A stretch of DNA of 64,000 nucleotides from an uncultured Chloroflexia bacterium (GTDB taxonomy: Bacteria; Chloroflexota; Dehalococcoidia; UBA2979), in contig CAVSIV010000004.1 in the NCBI GenBank assembly GCA_963728205.1, forward strand, positions 160,001-224,000, given 5' to 3'. The position numbers were made by a program, and so were the translations under genes. The number at the start of each line of letters is the position of its first letter. Position 1 is the stretch's first letter. Shown piece after piece: positions 38,799-48,557 of the stretch. The notes beneath the pieces are model-generated. The model did no database searches. It had not been told where the DNA came from and saw only the letters and a list, made by a program, of their open reading frames with translations.

Positions 38799-39998
38799 AT
38801 GCGGTTCTACGAGTACGAGGCGAAGCAGGTCCTGGCGAAGCACCGCGTCCCGCTCCCGAAGAGCCGGTTCGCGCGGACGCAGGCGGAGGCGATCGAAGCG
38901 GCGACCACCCTCGGCGGGCCGGTCGTGCTGAAGTCGCAGGTGCTCTCGGGCGGCCGCATGAAGGCCGGCGGCGTGAAGTTCGCCGACACCCCGGCCGCGG
39001 CAGGCGAGGCGGCCGAGGCGATCCTCGGGCTCACCATCAACGGGCTCGAGCCGGTGGGGGTGCTCGTCGAGGAGCGCCGCACGGTCGAGCAGGAGTACTA
39101 CGCGGCGGTGACGTGGGACGGCCGCGCCAAGCGCCCGCTGATCATCTTCAGCGACATGGGCGGCATCGACATCGAGGAGGTCGCGGAGCAGCACCCCGAG
39201 CACCTCTCGCGCACGCACTTCTCGTCGCTGCGGCCGTTCTCCGACTACATCGCGAAGACGGCGGTGGCGTCGGTCGGGCTGACCGGCAACGAGCTGACGC
39301 GGCTGACCGGCATCGTCGCGGCGCTGGCGCGGGTGTTCCTCGCATTCGACCTCACGCTCGCGGAGATCAACCCGATCGGGCGGCTCGACGACGGGTCGTT
39401 CGTGGCGCTCGACTCGCACATGGACATGGAGGCCGAGGCGCGGCGCACGCATGCGGCGCTGCTCAAGGAGCTCGGCATCCCCGACGACGACAACCGCCAG
39501 GCGCGCCCGCCGACGGCGTTCGAGATCGCGGCGGCGCAGGTCGACGCGGCGGACCCGCGCGGCGTGGCCGGCAACCTCACGCAGTTCGACGGCAACCTGG
39601 GGCTGATCATCGGCGCCGGCGGCGGCTCGCTGACGCTGTTCGACGCCGTGCGCGCGGCCGGCGGGCGCCCGGCGAACTACTGCGAGATCGGCGGCAACCC
39701 GTCGGTGTCGAAAGCCGCGGCGCTGACGAAGCTGATCTGCGAGCAGCCCGGCGTCGAGAAGATCGCCGTGATGATGAACGTCGTCTCGAACACGCGCGTC
39801 GACATCGTGGCGCGCGGCGTGATCAAGGGCTGCATCGAGGCGGGCTTCGACCCGAAGGACAAGATCGCGATCTTCCGCATCCCCGGCTCGTGGGAGGAAG
39901 AGGGCTTCGCGATCCTGCAGAAGTACGGCGTGGACTACGTCGACCGCACGGTGTCGATGCACGAGGCGGCGAAGCGCGCCGTCGCGAAGATGGGCTAG
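38799..39998 (+). CDS. ADP-forming succinate/malate--CoA ligase beta subunit-like (divergent)
   Basis: FYEYEAK, KSQVLSGGRMKAGGV, GGIDIEEVA, EINP; divergent GAGGGSL / NYCEIGGN. Confidence 0.85.
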   Translation: MRFYEYEAKQVLAKHRVPLPKSRFARTQAEAIEAATTLGGPVVLKSQVLSGGRMKAGGVKFADTPAAAGEAAEAILGLTINGLEPVGVLVEERRTVEQEYYAAVTWDGRAKRPLIIFSDMGGIDIEEVAEQHPEHLSRTHFSSLRPFSDYIAKTAVASVGLTGNELTRLTGIVAALARVFLAFDLTLAEINPIGRLDDGSFVALDSHMDMEAEARRTHAALLKELGIPDDDNRQARPPTAFEIAAAQVDAADPRGVAGNLTQFDGNLGLIIGAGGGSLTLFDAVRAAGGRPANYCEIGGNPSVSKAAALTKLICEQPGVEKIAVMMNVVSNTRVDIVARGVIKGCIEAGFDPKDKIAIFRIPGSWEEEGFAILQKYGVDYVDRTVSMHEAAKRAVAKMG

Positions 39999-40013
39999 CG
40001 CCGCCAAGAGGCC

Positions 40014-40122
40014 GGCGCGGGGCGGGCCTGCGGGCCCGCCGTGACGCGCGAGAGGAAACCACTGCACACGGCAGGCCTGAAGCCTGCCGCGCGCCCGTCA
40101 AGCGGCGGCAGCATGCCGCCGA
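40014..40122. repeat. REP family 1 element followed by a family 2 unit
   Basis: Degenerate left arm 40014-40043, exact right arm 40067-40095, AAGCGGCGGCAGCATGCCGCCGA 40100-40122. Confidence 0.75.
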
Positions 40123-40172
40123 TGCGAACGCGGCCGGGAGGCCGCCCGGACACGAGCGGAACAGGCGAAGCG

Positions 40173-41073
40173 ATGTCGATCCTGATTGACGAGAACACCA
40201 CCTTCATCATCCAGGGCATCACCGGCCGCGAGGCCGTGACGATGGCCCGCGAGGTCCTCGACTACGGCTCGAAGCTGGTCGGCGGCGTGACGCCCGGCCG
40301 CAAGGGGCGCGAGGTGCACGGCGTGCCGGTCGAGGACACCGTGCGCGCGTTCACCGACCGCGAGCGCGTCGACGCGGCCGTCGTCTCGGTGCCGCCGGCG
40401 TTCGCCGCCGACGCGGTGTTCGAGGCGATCGACGCCGGCATCAAGCTGATCGTCGTCGTCACCGAGCGCATCCCGCGCAAGGAGGTGGCGCAGTTCGTCG
40501 AGTACGCGCAGCAGCGCGGCACGCGCATCATCGGTCCGAACTGCCTGGGCGTGATCTCGCCGGGCAAGTCGAAGGTCGGCGGCGTGGGCGGCGCGAACAC
40601 GGAGCGCGCGTTCCGGCCCGGGAAGATCGGCGTGATGTCGCGCTCCGGCGGCATGACCGTCGAGATCGCGAACGCGCTGTCGGAGTCGGGGCTCGGCATC
40701 TCGACGGCCGTCTCGATCGGCGGCGACGCGATCATCGGGTCGACGTACGCGGAGCTGATGCCGCTGTTCGACGCCGACCCGCAGACGGCGGGCATCGCGA
40801 TCTACAGCGAGCCGGGCGGGCGCGCGGAGTACGAGCTGGCCGACTACATGGCGAGCAGTGGGTCGAAGCTGCCGGTGGTCGCGTTCATGGCCGGCCGCTT
40901 CATGGACGAGATGCCCGGCATGCGCTTCGGCCACGCCGGGACGATCGTGGAGGGCAAGGCCGACACGACGGCCGAAAAGATTCGCGAACCTCGAACGCGC
41001 CGGCATCAGCGTGGCGGAGCGCATCGAGGACATCCCGCGCCTGCTCAAGGAGCGCCTCGGGGAGGGCAAGTGA
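40173..41073 (+). CDS. CoA ligase alpha subunit (SucD-like), frameshift near 40980
   Basis: IQGITG, GGVTPG, IIGPNCLG, SRSGG, IGGDAIIG, RFGHAG phospho-His; C-terminus continues in another frame to TGA 41073. Confidence 0.85.
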
Positions 41074-41294
41074 TGCCGGCCATGTTCATCCGCGTCGACC
41101 TCGACCCGGCGATCGAGCAGAACCCGGAGCTGTGCAAGAAGCTCGTCGAGGTGTGCCCGGTCGACATCTTTGCGCTCGACGACCAGGGGCGCGTGGTGAC
41201 GGTCGAGGACAACCTCGACGAGTGCACGCTGTGCGACCTCTGCATCCAGGCGGCGCCGCCGGGCGAGGTGGCCGTCGTCAAGATGTATCGCTAG
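41073..41294 (+). CDS. Small ferredoxin
   Basis: CKKLVEVCP and CTLCDLC motifs; ATG overlaps the upstream TGA. Confidence 0.8.
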   Translation: MPAMFIRVDLDPAIEQNPELCKKLVEVCPVDIFALDDQGRVVTVEDNLDECTLCDLCIQAAPPGEVAVVKMYR

Positions 41295-41510
41295 GCGCCC
41301 GGCGGCGCTGTTATTTGCCGCGCTCTGATCCTCCTCCGGCCGCGTCGGGCTGACGCCGCGGCGCGTCCTCCGGCGGCGCGCGGTCGGCGCGCGCACGCTC
41401 AGCGGCGGCGCGCGGCGGGCCGGGAGCCCGCGGTGTGCCAGGAGGGCGGGCCTTGCGGCCCGCCCTCTCGTCGGCGGCACGGGGCCGCCGCGTACCACGG
41501 ACTGAGGGGG

Positions 41511-42477
41511 TTACGCGCCGGCGGCCGGGGCCGCCTCGCGCGGCTGCTGCTTCGGGGCCGGGTTCGGGATGCCGGCGGTGAGTTGCAGCGGGACCGCGAG
41601 CCGGAGCTCGTCGACGTTCCAGTGACGCGGCTGTGACACGCTGCGGATGACCTGCCGCACGCTGTAGCGCGAGGCCTGCCAGCCCGATGTCCCGATCACC
41701 TGGCCGCTGATCGCGCCGCCGGCCTCGGTGCACAGCCACGCCACGGTCGGCGCGTTGTTCTCCGGGTCGCGCGGCGTCGGGCCGCCCTCCGGCCATGCGG
41801 CCTGCGCGGCGCGGCCGTCGCGGCGGATGCCGGCGGCGGCGCGGATCTCGGCGGCGCTCTCGGGCACGGACTGCGTCATGCGCGTGTTGCCGCCGGGGTA
41901 GATCGCGTTGACGGCAATGCCGTGCGGTCCGAGCTCGCGGGCCAGCGACCGCGCGAAGCCGACCATGCCTTCCTTCGCGGCGGAGTAGTTCGCCTGGCCG
42001 GACGAGCCGAGGCCCGACCCGGAGGAGAACAGCAGGATGCGGCCGTAGCGCTGCCGCAGCATCGGCTCGATGGCGTTGCGCACGGTGTTGAACGCACCCT
42101 TGAGGTGGACCGCCAGGACGGCGTCCCACTCCTCCTCGGTCATGTTGAAGACCATGCGGTCGCGCAGGATGCCGGCCACGTGGCAGAGGATGTCGAGCCG
42201 GCCGAACTCGTCGACCGTCTTCGCCACCAGGTCCTTGCACGCGGCGAACTGCGACACATCGCCGTAGTGCGCCATCGCGCGACCGCCGTTCGCGCGGAAT
42301 CTCGCGCGCGACCTCGTCGGCGGGGCCCTGGTCATTGCCCGAGCCGTCGAGGTTCCCGCCGAAGTCGGCGATCACGACCGCCGCGCCCTCCTCGGCGAGC
42401 TGCAGTGCGACGCCGCGGCCGATGCCGCGCCCCGCACCCGTCACCACCGCGACGCGACCTTCCAGTCGGTTGCCCAT
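41511..42477 (-). CDS. SDR family oxidoreductase (frameshift near 42300)
   Basis: TGAGRGIG, AGILRD, NYSAAK. Confidence 0.85.
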
Positions 42478-42499
42478 CGTCGTCTCCTTCGTTCCCGCG

Positions 42500-43438
42500 C
42501 TAGACCAGCAGCGGGCTGGTGGCGTCGAGCGCCAGCGTGCGCGGCATCTGCTCGTCGAGCTCGTCGAGCGTGAATCGCCGGCCGAAGCTCAAGAGCTGCC
42601 GGTCGATGATCGGCTGCGAGTAGAGCAGCACGTCGCCGCCGCGCACGCCGAAGAGCTGGCCGTTGACTTCGCCGGCGTCCTCGCTGGCGAGGTAGATCGC
42701 CAGCGGCGCGACGCTCGCCGGGTCATCGGGGTGGTCGTCGCCCTCCCAGTGGAAGGTCGGCGGCGGCGGCGCGATGCGCGCCATCGCCTCCGCGGAGAGC
42801 ACGCCCGCCGGCGGGCGGAGCTCCTCGGACATGCCGCCCGACTGGCGGGTGCGGGCGAGCGGCGAGATCGCGTTGCAGGTCACCCCGTAGCGGCCGACGT
42901 CGCGCGCGACGGTCCGCGAGAGGCCGATCACGCCCTCGCCCGACGCCGCGTAGTTCGACGCGCCGACGGAGCCGAGGCCCGCGTCCGACGTGAGCATGAC
43001 GATGCGGCCGTAGCGCTGCTGGCGCATGGCGATCGTCGCGAACTTGATGGGCGCGAAGCACGACTTCACGTTGCCGCGGATGACCGTGTCCCAGTCGTCC
43101 TCCGTCATCTCCCAGATCGGCGTGTCGCGCCGAATGCCGGCCGCGCAGATCAGCGCGTCGACGCGCCCGTAATTGTCCAGGGCAGCCTTCACAGCCGCTT
43201 CGCCACCTGTCATGGTGCTGACGTCGTCATGCAGCGCGACGGCCTTGCCGCCGGCGGCCGTGATCTCCGCCGCCACCGCGTCGGCGACCGCGGGGTTCGT
43301 GCCGCTGCCGTCGACCTCGCAGCCGTTGTCGACGACAACGACCGACGCGCCCTCCGCGGCAGCCTTCAGCGCGATGGCGCGTCCGACACCGCGTCCGCCG
43401 CCGGTGACGACGACGGCCTGTCCGTCGAGTGCTCCCAT
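42500..43438 (-). CDS. SDR family protein lacking the catalytic Lys
   Basis: TGGGRGVG, AGIRRD, but NYAASG instead of YxxxK. Confidence 0.85.
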   Translation of the reverse strand: MGALDGQAVVVTGGGRGVGRAIALKAAAEGASVVVVDNGCEVDGSGTNPAVADAVAAEITAAGGKAVALHDDVSTMTGGEAAVKAALDNYGRVDALICAAGIRRDTPIWEMTEDDWDTVIRGNVKSCFAPIKFATIAMRQQRYGRIVMLTSDAGLGSVGASNYAASGEGVIGLSRTVARDVGRYGVTCNAISPLARTRQSGGMSEELRPPAGVLSAEAMARIAPPPPTFHWEGDDHPDDPASVAPLAIYLASEDAGEVNGQLFGVRGGDVLLYSQPIIDRQLLSFGRRFTLDELDEQMPRTLALDATSPLLV

Positions 43439-43526
43439 GCTCACCCCCTTAGCCGCATGTATGTGATAAGGCGCGGGCGATGGTAGCACCGGGAAGCGAG
43501 AGGGTTGGACCGAACCTGTACGGGAG

Positions 43527-44720
43527 TCAAAGCGAGGCGTACAGCGCGTCGATCAGCGCGATGTTGCGTGGGTCGCGCCAGGAGCGGCCCGCGCGATTGC
43601 AGACGTAGGAGAAGCCGATCCGTGCGTCCGGGTCGGCGAAGCCGAGGAGGGCGCCGTTGCCGTAATGCCCAAAGGTCCGCGGGTTGGGGCCGAGCGGGCG
43701 AACGCCGGGCATCGTCAGCTGAAACCCGAGCCCGAAGCGCGTCGGTCGGCCGAGCACGAGGTCATCGCCGTGCGCCTGTTCCTCAATCGCGCGGTCGATC
43801 GTGTCGGGCTGTAGCACGCGCACGCCATCGACCGCCCCGCCACACGCGAGCGCGCCGAAGATCCGCGCGATCGACCGCGCGTTGGAATGGGGGGCCGTGG
43901 AGGGGTACTCGGCCGCGCGCCACGTGCGTCCGTTCACGTCGCCGCGTCCGTCGGGCAGGGACGGGGGGTTGCGATAGGCGAGGACGCGCATGAGATCGAT
44001 GCCCTCGACCTCCGATGGGTCGCGGTTGAGCCAGGGGCGGCGCGAGGCGGCGTCGGGATCGGGCGGCGGGTTCACCCAGTCCGCCACCCGATGATCCTCC
44101 TCGGGACCGAAGCCCATGAAGAAGTTGATGCCGAGGGGCGCGGCGATGTCGTCGTGCACGACGTCGCGCAACCGTCGGCCGGTGGCGCGACGGACGACCT
44201 CGCCGGAGAGGAACCCGAAGGTGTTCACGTGGTAGCCGTGCGCCGTGCCGGGCTCCCACCACGGCCCCTGCGCGGCGAGCGCGGCAGTCATGGTGTCCCA
44301 GGAGAGCAGGTTCGCGCCCGGAGGCAGCGGCGCGCGCACCGCCGACAGGCCGGCCTGGTGAGTGAGGAGGTAGCGGAGCGGCAGCAACGCCTTACCCGCC
44401 TGCGCGAACTCGGGCCAGACGTCGGCGACCGGCGCGTCGAGGTCGACCATCCCGCGCTCGACCTGTCGCAGGGTGGCGATCGCGGTCACCGCCTTGCCGA
44501 CCGACCAGACGTTCACGATCGCGTCACGCGTCCACCGGCGCGTGCGCGCGGCATCGAGCCACCCGCCCCAGAGGTCGACGACCGGCGAGCCGTCGAGCGT
44601 AATCGCAACAGCGGCACCCAGGTCGTCGCGCTCCGCGAAGTTGCGCTCGAACTCGTGGCGCACGCGGTCGAACCGCGGATCGCAGTAGCCGGAGATCGCG
44701 GTCACGTCGGAGGCGGTCAT
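43527..44720 (-). CDS. Serine hydrolase, beta-lactamase class C/EstB-like
   Basis: VVDLWGG, SxxK (SVGK), LLTHQAGL, WWEPG..HGYH, FGHYG. Confidence 0.9.
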   Translation of the reverse strand: MTASDVTAISGYCDPRFDRVRHEFERNFAERDDLGAAVAITLDGSPVVDLWGGWLDAARTRRWTRDAIVNVWSVGKAVTAIATLRQVERGMVDLDAPVADVWPEFAQAGKALLPLRYLLTHQAGLSAVRAPLPPGANLLSWDTMTAALAAQGPWWEPGTAHGYHVNTFGFLSGEVVRRATGRRLRDVVHDDIAAPLGINFFMGFGPEEDHRVADWVNPPPDPDAASRRPWLNRDPSEVEGIDLMRVLAYRNPPSLPDGRGDVNGRTWRAAEYPSTAPHSNARSIARIFGALACGGAVDGVRVLQPDTIDRAIEEQAHGDDLVLGRPTRFGLGFQLTMPGVRPLGPNPRTFGHYGNGALLGFADPDARIGFSYVCNRAGRSWRDPRNIALIDALYASL

Positions 44721-44814
44721 GGCGCGGCATTGTACGCGTGGTTCGACTGCGCTCACCACGAACGGGCGGCGGGGGGTGAACGGTCGGGAGGAGCGTGGGC
44801 CGCGACTCCACGCG

Positions 44815-45069
44815 CTAGAGCAGGGGGCGGCCGTGCTCTCGGATCTCCGCGTCGCGCTCGAGACGGCGCAGCGCCTCGCCGGAGCAGCCGATCGCGCGGA
44901 GCTGGCGCTCGAATGCGTCGCGCTCGCGCATAGCCTGCAGCAGCTCGTTCCGCCCGAAGCGGCCGGACGTGTCGACGACGACCGCGTGGTAGCGCTTCCA
45001 CTCCCGGTACAGCTGCGCGCACTGCTCGGAGTGCTCGTGTCCATCGGCGAAGGTGGGGATGCCGGCCAT
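44815..45069 (-). CDS. Small hypothetical protein
   Basis: 84-aa helical ORF with HEH..C motif; divergent from the DUF2164-like gene. Confidence 0.55.
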   Translation of the reverse strand: MAGIPTFADGHEHSEQCAQLYREWKRYHAVVVDTSGRFGRNELLQAMRERDAFERQLRAIGCSGEALRRLERDAEIREHGRPLL

Positions 45070-45108
45070 GACCGCTAGAGTAAGCGAGGCCTTCGGAAAG
45101 GACACGCC

Positions 45109-45408
45109 GTGGACGCGATCGAGCTGACGAAAGAGGACCGCGAGTACGCCGCGCACCGCCTGCAGGCGTACTTCCGCGACGAACGCGACGAGGAGCTGGG
45201 CGACCTCGGCGCCACGCTGTTCTACGACTTCATCGCGAAGGAACTGGGGCCCCTGTTCTTCAATCGCGGGCTGTACACCGCCTCGCTGCTCGCGCGCCGG
45301 TCGGCGGACGCGCTCGAAGCGGATATCGACGCTGCGAAGCGCCTCCCGCCCGGCGGCCGGTACGCGCCGCCACGCGCCGGCGCGGACGACCGCGACGGCG
45401 CGGACTGA
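45109..45408 (+). CDS. DUF2164-like protein
   Basis: LQAYF..E.DEELGDLGA..FYDFI.KELGP.FFNRG pattern. Confidence 0.75.
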   Translation: MDAIELTKEDREYAAHRLQAYFRDERDEELGDLGATLFYDFIAKELGPLFFNRGLYTASLLARRSADALEADIDAAKRLPPGGRYAPPRAGADDRDGAD

Positions 45409-45502
45409 GTGGGCGCAGGCCGGAGGTTTCTGCCGCGTCGCTCGCGGCGGCGAGGAGAACGGCCGTGCGCGGCGGGACGGAGCCGCGCCGTCGACGGTCG
45501 CG

Positions 45503-46489
45503 TTACGCCCCGGACAGGAGCATGGCCCACACGAAGCTGCTGACTACGCCGCCGATCAGCATGTTGCGAGCGGTGGCAGCGTTGGTGCCGCGCACGGCCA
45601 GCCACGCAACGGCCCCGCCGATCAGCCCGGCGAAGACGGGAGCCGCCCACCACAACATGTTGACCTCGCGCTCCGACGCCGCCCGTAGCGGCACCGGCGG
45701 GGCGCCGAGCGCCGGCGCGGCGGCCCCGGGCGCCGGCTGAGCCGTCGGCGGCGTGCGCCATGCGGCGTCCGACGCGGCCTCGACGCTCGCGCCGGCCGCG
45801 GTCGCACGCCCGCGCGACGCAGACGACTCCGCCGCGACGAGACGCGCGTCGAAGTCCGCGAGCTCGCGGTCGACCCGCACAAGCACGTCATCCCGCTCTC
45901 GAAACCGCGCGACCAGTACGCGAAGGTCGGCCGGCGAATGCCCGTCCTCGAAACGCGCGTCCAGCTGGCGCAGCAGCTCGCCCTGTCGCTCGGCGGTGAG
46001 CGGCTGGCGCGAGTCGATCTCCGAGCGGAGGTCGAAGAGATACGACGCCGGCACCGGCGGCGGGTCCGGGAGCGGGTCCGGCAGCGCCGGCGCCGCGGGG
46101 ACGGCGACGAGCGCGCGGTTGAGGGAGGCGAACGCCGACTTGTCCGGCGCGGTGTAGTCCACGCGCTGCAGCTCCGCGAGGTCGGGCGGCATCAGGCTGT
46201 CCGACACGTTGCGCTCGACGAGCACCGGCAGCACGGGCTTCCCCAGCGCGTTCGCGTACTGGTACTCGGCCTGGCAGGCGCGCGACGACACGCAGGCGTC
46301 GCTGATCGCGACCACGAAGATGTCGCACTCGCGGATCTGCGTCAGGATCTGCTCCCACCAGCGCTGCCCACCGGAGAGCTCGCGGTCGACCCAGGCGTCG
46401 TGCCCGAGCGACTCGATATCCCGCTCGAGCTCGCCGACGGGCGCCGCGTCCTCGCGGCTGTAGCTGACGAACACTCGCTTCTGCGCCAT
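45503..46489 (-). CDS. TIR-domain protein with C-terminal TM hairpin
   Basis: VFVSYSRED, WVDRELSGGQRW, SRACQAEY, PVLPV. Confidence 0.85.
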   Translation of the reverse strand: MAQKRVFVSYSREDAAPVGELERDIESLGHDAWVDRELSGGQRWWEQILTQIRECDIFVVAISDACVSSRACQAEYQYANALGKPVLPVLVERNVSDSLMPPDLAELQRVDYTAPDKSAFASLNRALVAVPAAPALPDPLPDPPPVPASYLFDLRSEIDSRQPLTAERQGELLRQLDARFEDGHSPADLRVLVARFRERDDVLVRVDRELADFDARLVAAESSASRGRATAAGASVEAASDAAWRTPPTAQPAPGAAAPALGAPPVPLRAASEREVNMLWWAAPVFAGLIGGAVAWLAVRGTNAATARNMLIGGVVSSFVWAMLLSGA

Positions 46490-46662
46490 GCGGCGACCTC
46501 CATCGCAACGCCACCTCGCGCTGCGTCGGCATCCGTCGCGGCGCGCGGCGACCTACGGTCAGCCCGGCCCGGCGGCATCATATCTCGATTGTGAAGCGTT
46601 CCCCGAGGCGCCCATGCGCCCCGGCAGCGCCGGATGGCGACGCTGCGTCACCCCCGCAGCCG

Positions 46663-48321
46663 CTAGCGCGCGGCCGCCGCGAGCAGCGCGCGGCCGATGA
46701 CCTTCAGCTCGAGGATCGGCTTGACGCCCTCGAAGATCGGAAGCACCAGCGCGTCGACCACGTAACGCGCTGATCGGGTCCTCCTCGGAGTAGCCCCAAC
46801 CGCCGTGCAGCAGCTGCGCCTCGCGCGAGACGTCGCCGGCGACGTCGCACGCCAGCAGCTTCGCCATCGACGGCTCGACGCGCGCGGGTGTCGAAGGCGC
46901 GCGCCGATGCGTAGGTGATCTGGCGCGCCGCCGCGATGCGCGTCGCCATCAGGCCGACCTTGTACTGCGTGAGCTGGTACTCGGCGAGCGGCATCCCGAA
47001 CTGCGCCCGCTGCACGACGTACTGGCACGCCTTCTCCAGCGCCGCCTGCGCGACGCCGCACGCGCGCCCCGCCGGTCTGCAGGCGCCCCGCCGCGAACCC
47101 GCCCATCTGCAGGTAGAAGCCGCGGTTGATGCCGTCGTCGCCGCCGACGAGCCGGGTGTGAGGCACCCACAGGTTGTCGATCGCGAGCGTGAACGAGTGC
47201 ATGCCGCGATACCCCGGCGTGGGGTTCGCCGTGCCCTCGATCACCCCGCCCTCGGGCTGCTCGAAGCGCCACTGGTGACCGTCGTACGCCGGCTTCTCGA
47301 TCATGAACAGCGAGAGCCCGCGGCTGCCCGACTGCGGGTCGGGGTCGGTGCGCGCGAGCAGCGCGAGCAGCGTCGCGCGGCCGGAGAACGTGCTCCACGC
47401 CTTCGCCCCGTTGATGCGCCAGCCGCGCTCGCCGTCGTGCTCCGCCGGCTCGGCGCGCGTCTGCAGCGAGGCGACGTCCGAGCCCGTGTCGGGCTCGGTG
47501 ACGGCGACCGCGACGAGCACCTCGCCCGACGCGATCTTCGGCAGCCACTCCGCATGCTGCTCCTCGGTGCCGCCGGCGAGCAGCGCCTTCGTCAGGATCT
47601 CGGGGCGCGTCGCCAGGGAGCCGGCACCGGCCAGCGAGGCCGCCGAGAGCTCCTCGGTCATGATGATCATCGGGAGGTCGCCCATCCCGGTGCCGCCGTA
47701 CTGCTCGGGGATCGACGAGCCGAAGAAGCCCTGCGCGGAGAACTTCGCGAGCAGATCGTCGGGGATGAGCAGGTCGCCGCGATGGATCTCCTGGGCGCGC
47801 GGCGCGACCTCGTTCTTCGCGAAGTCGCGCGCCATCTCTCGGGTGAGGCGCGCGACCTCGTCCTCGAGCTCGACATGGTTCGCGCCGCCGGCGCCGATGC
47901 CGGCGCGGCCAATCTGGCGGATGCGCGCCTCGCTCATGCCGGCGCGCACGGCCTCGCGGGTGGCGGGGGCGTGCAGCGGCTCGACATCGGCCTCGCTCAG
48001 CCCGAAGTCGTCCCACGCCGCCTCGACCTGCGAGCGCAGCGCGTGCGCCACCTCCGCCGCATAGACGAGGGCCATCGACTCCTGCAGGGCGTCGGACACC
48101 CCGCCCGCGGCGAGCCGCTCCGCGAAGGCAACCTGCTCATGGGCGGCGCGCACCTGCGTCGCGAGATAGGCGAGGCGCTCGGTGTGCACCTGGAAGTCGT
48201 CGATGCGCGCGCCGCCCTCGGTCGCGCGCGCGCCATGGCTGAGTGCGGCGTCGACCACCGCCTGGGACAGATCGACCAGCCGCCGCGCGGTGGCGCTGAC
48301 GTCGAGATCCGCAGTGGTCAT
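46663..48321 (-). CDS. Acyl-CoA dehydrogenase, methylsuccinyl-CoA dehydrogenase (Mcd)-like; frameshifts at ~46760-47080
   Basis: N-terminal extension; IPEQYGGTG, GSLATRPEI, TEPDTGSD, GYRGM, IFEG. Confidence 0.75.
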   Translation of the reverse strand: MTTADLDVSATARRLVDLSQAVVDAALSHGARATEGGARIDDFQVHTERLAYLATQVRAAHEQVAFAERLAAGGVSDALQESMALVYAAEVAHALRSQVEAAWDDFGLSEADVEPLHAPATREAVRAGMSEARIRQIGRAGIGAGGANHVELEDEVARLTREMARDFAKNEVAPRAQEIHRGDLLIPDDLLAKFSAQGFFGSSIPEQYGGTGMGDLPMIIMTEELSAASLAGAGSLATRPEILTKALLAGGTEEQHAEWLPKIASGEVLVAVAVTEPDTGSDVASLQTRAEPAEHDGERGWRINGAKAWSTFSGRATLLALLARTDPDPQSGSRGLSLFMIEKPAYDGHQWRFEQPEGGVIEGTANPTPGYRGMHSFTLAIDNLWVPHTRLVGGDDGINRGFYLQMGGFAAGRLQTGGARVRRRAGGAGEGVPVRRAAGAVRDAARRVPAHAVQGRPDGDAHRGGAPDHLRIGARLRHPRASSRRWRSCWRATSPATSRARRSCCTAVGATPRRTRSARYVVDALVLPIFEGVKPILELKVIGRALLAAAAR

Positions 48322-48557
48322 GGGGTGCTCCTCGCAAGACAGGACGGGTGACTCAGGGTATCGAGCGGCGGACGTTGGCGCGACGCGTCGGGGGCGGGAG
48401 GCAGTCGGCGCGCGGCGCGCTTTAGGCGCGCCGTGAGGGCACCGAACGAGTACGGCGCCACGGGGCGGGGCGGGGCGCGAGCAGCGGGCGGTACGCCCGC
48501 TGTGCGCCGGGGTACAGCAGGCGCAGCGGGTGCAGCGGTGGCATGCCCGCCGCGCGT

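Noticed and set aside
40041-41294. SucD-ferredoxin fusion protein
   Set aside because: Artefact of a frameshift near 40980; the SucD C-terminus ends at TGA 41073 in another frame and the ferredoxin has its own overlapping ATG
43527-44720. Beta-lactam resistance gene
   Set aside because: Motif set (LLTHQAGL, WWEPG) fits EstB-like esterases; resistance cannot be supported
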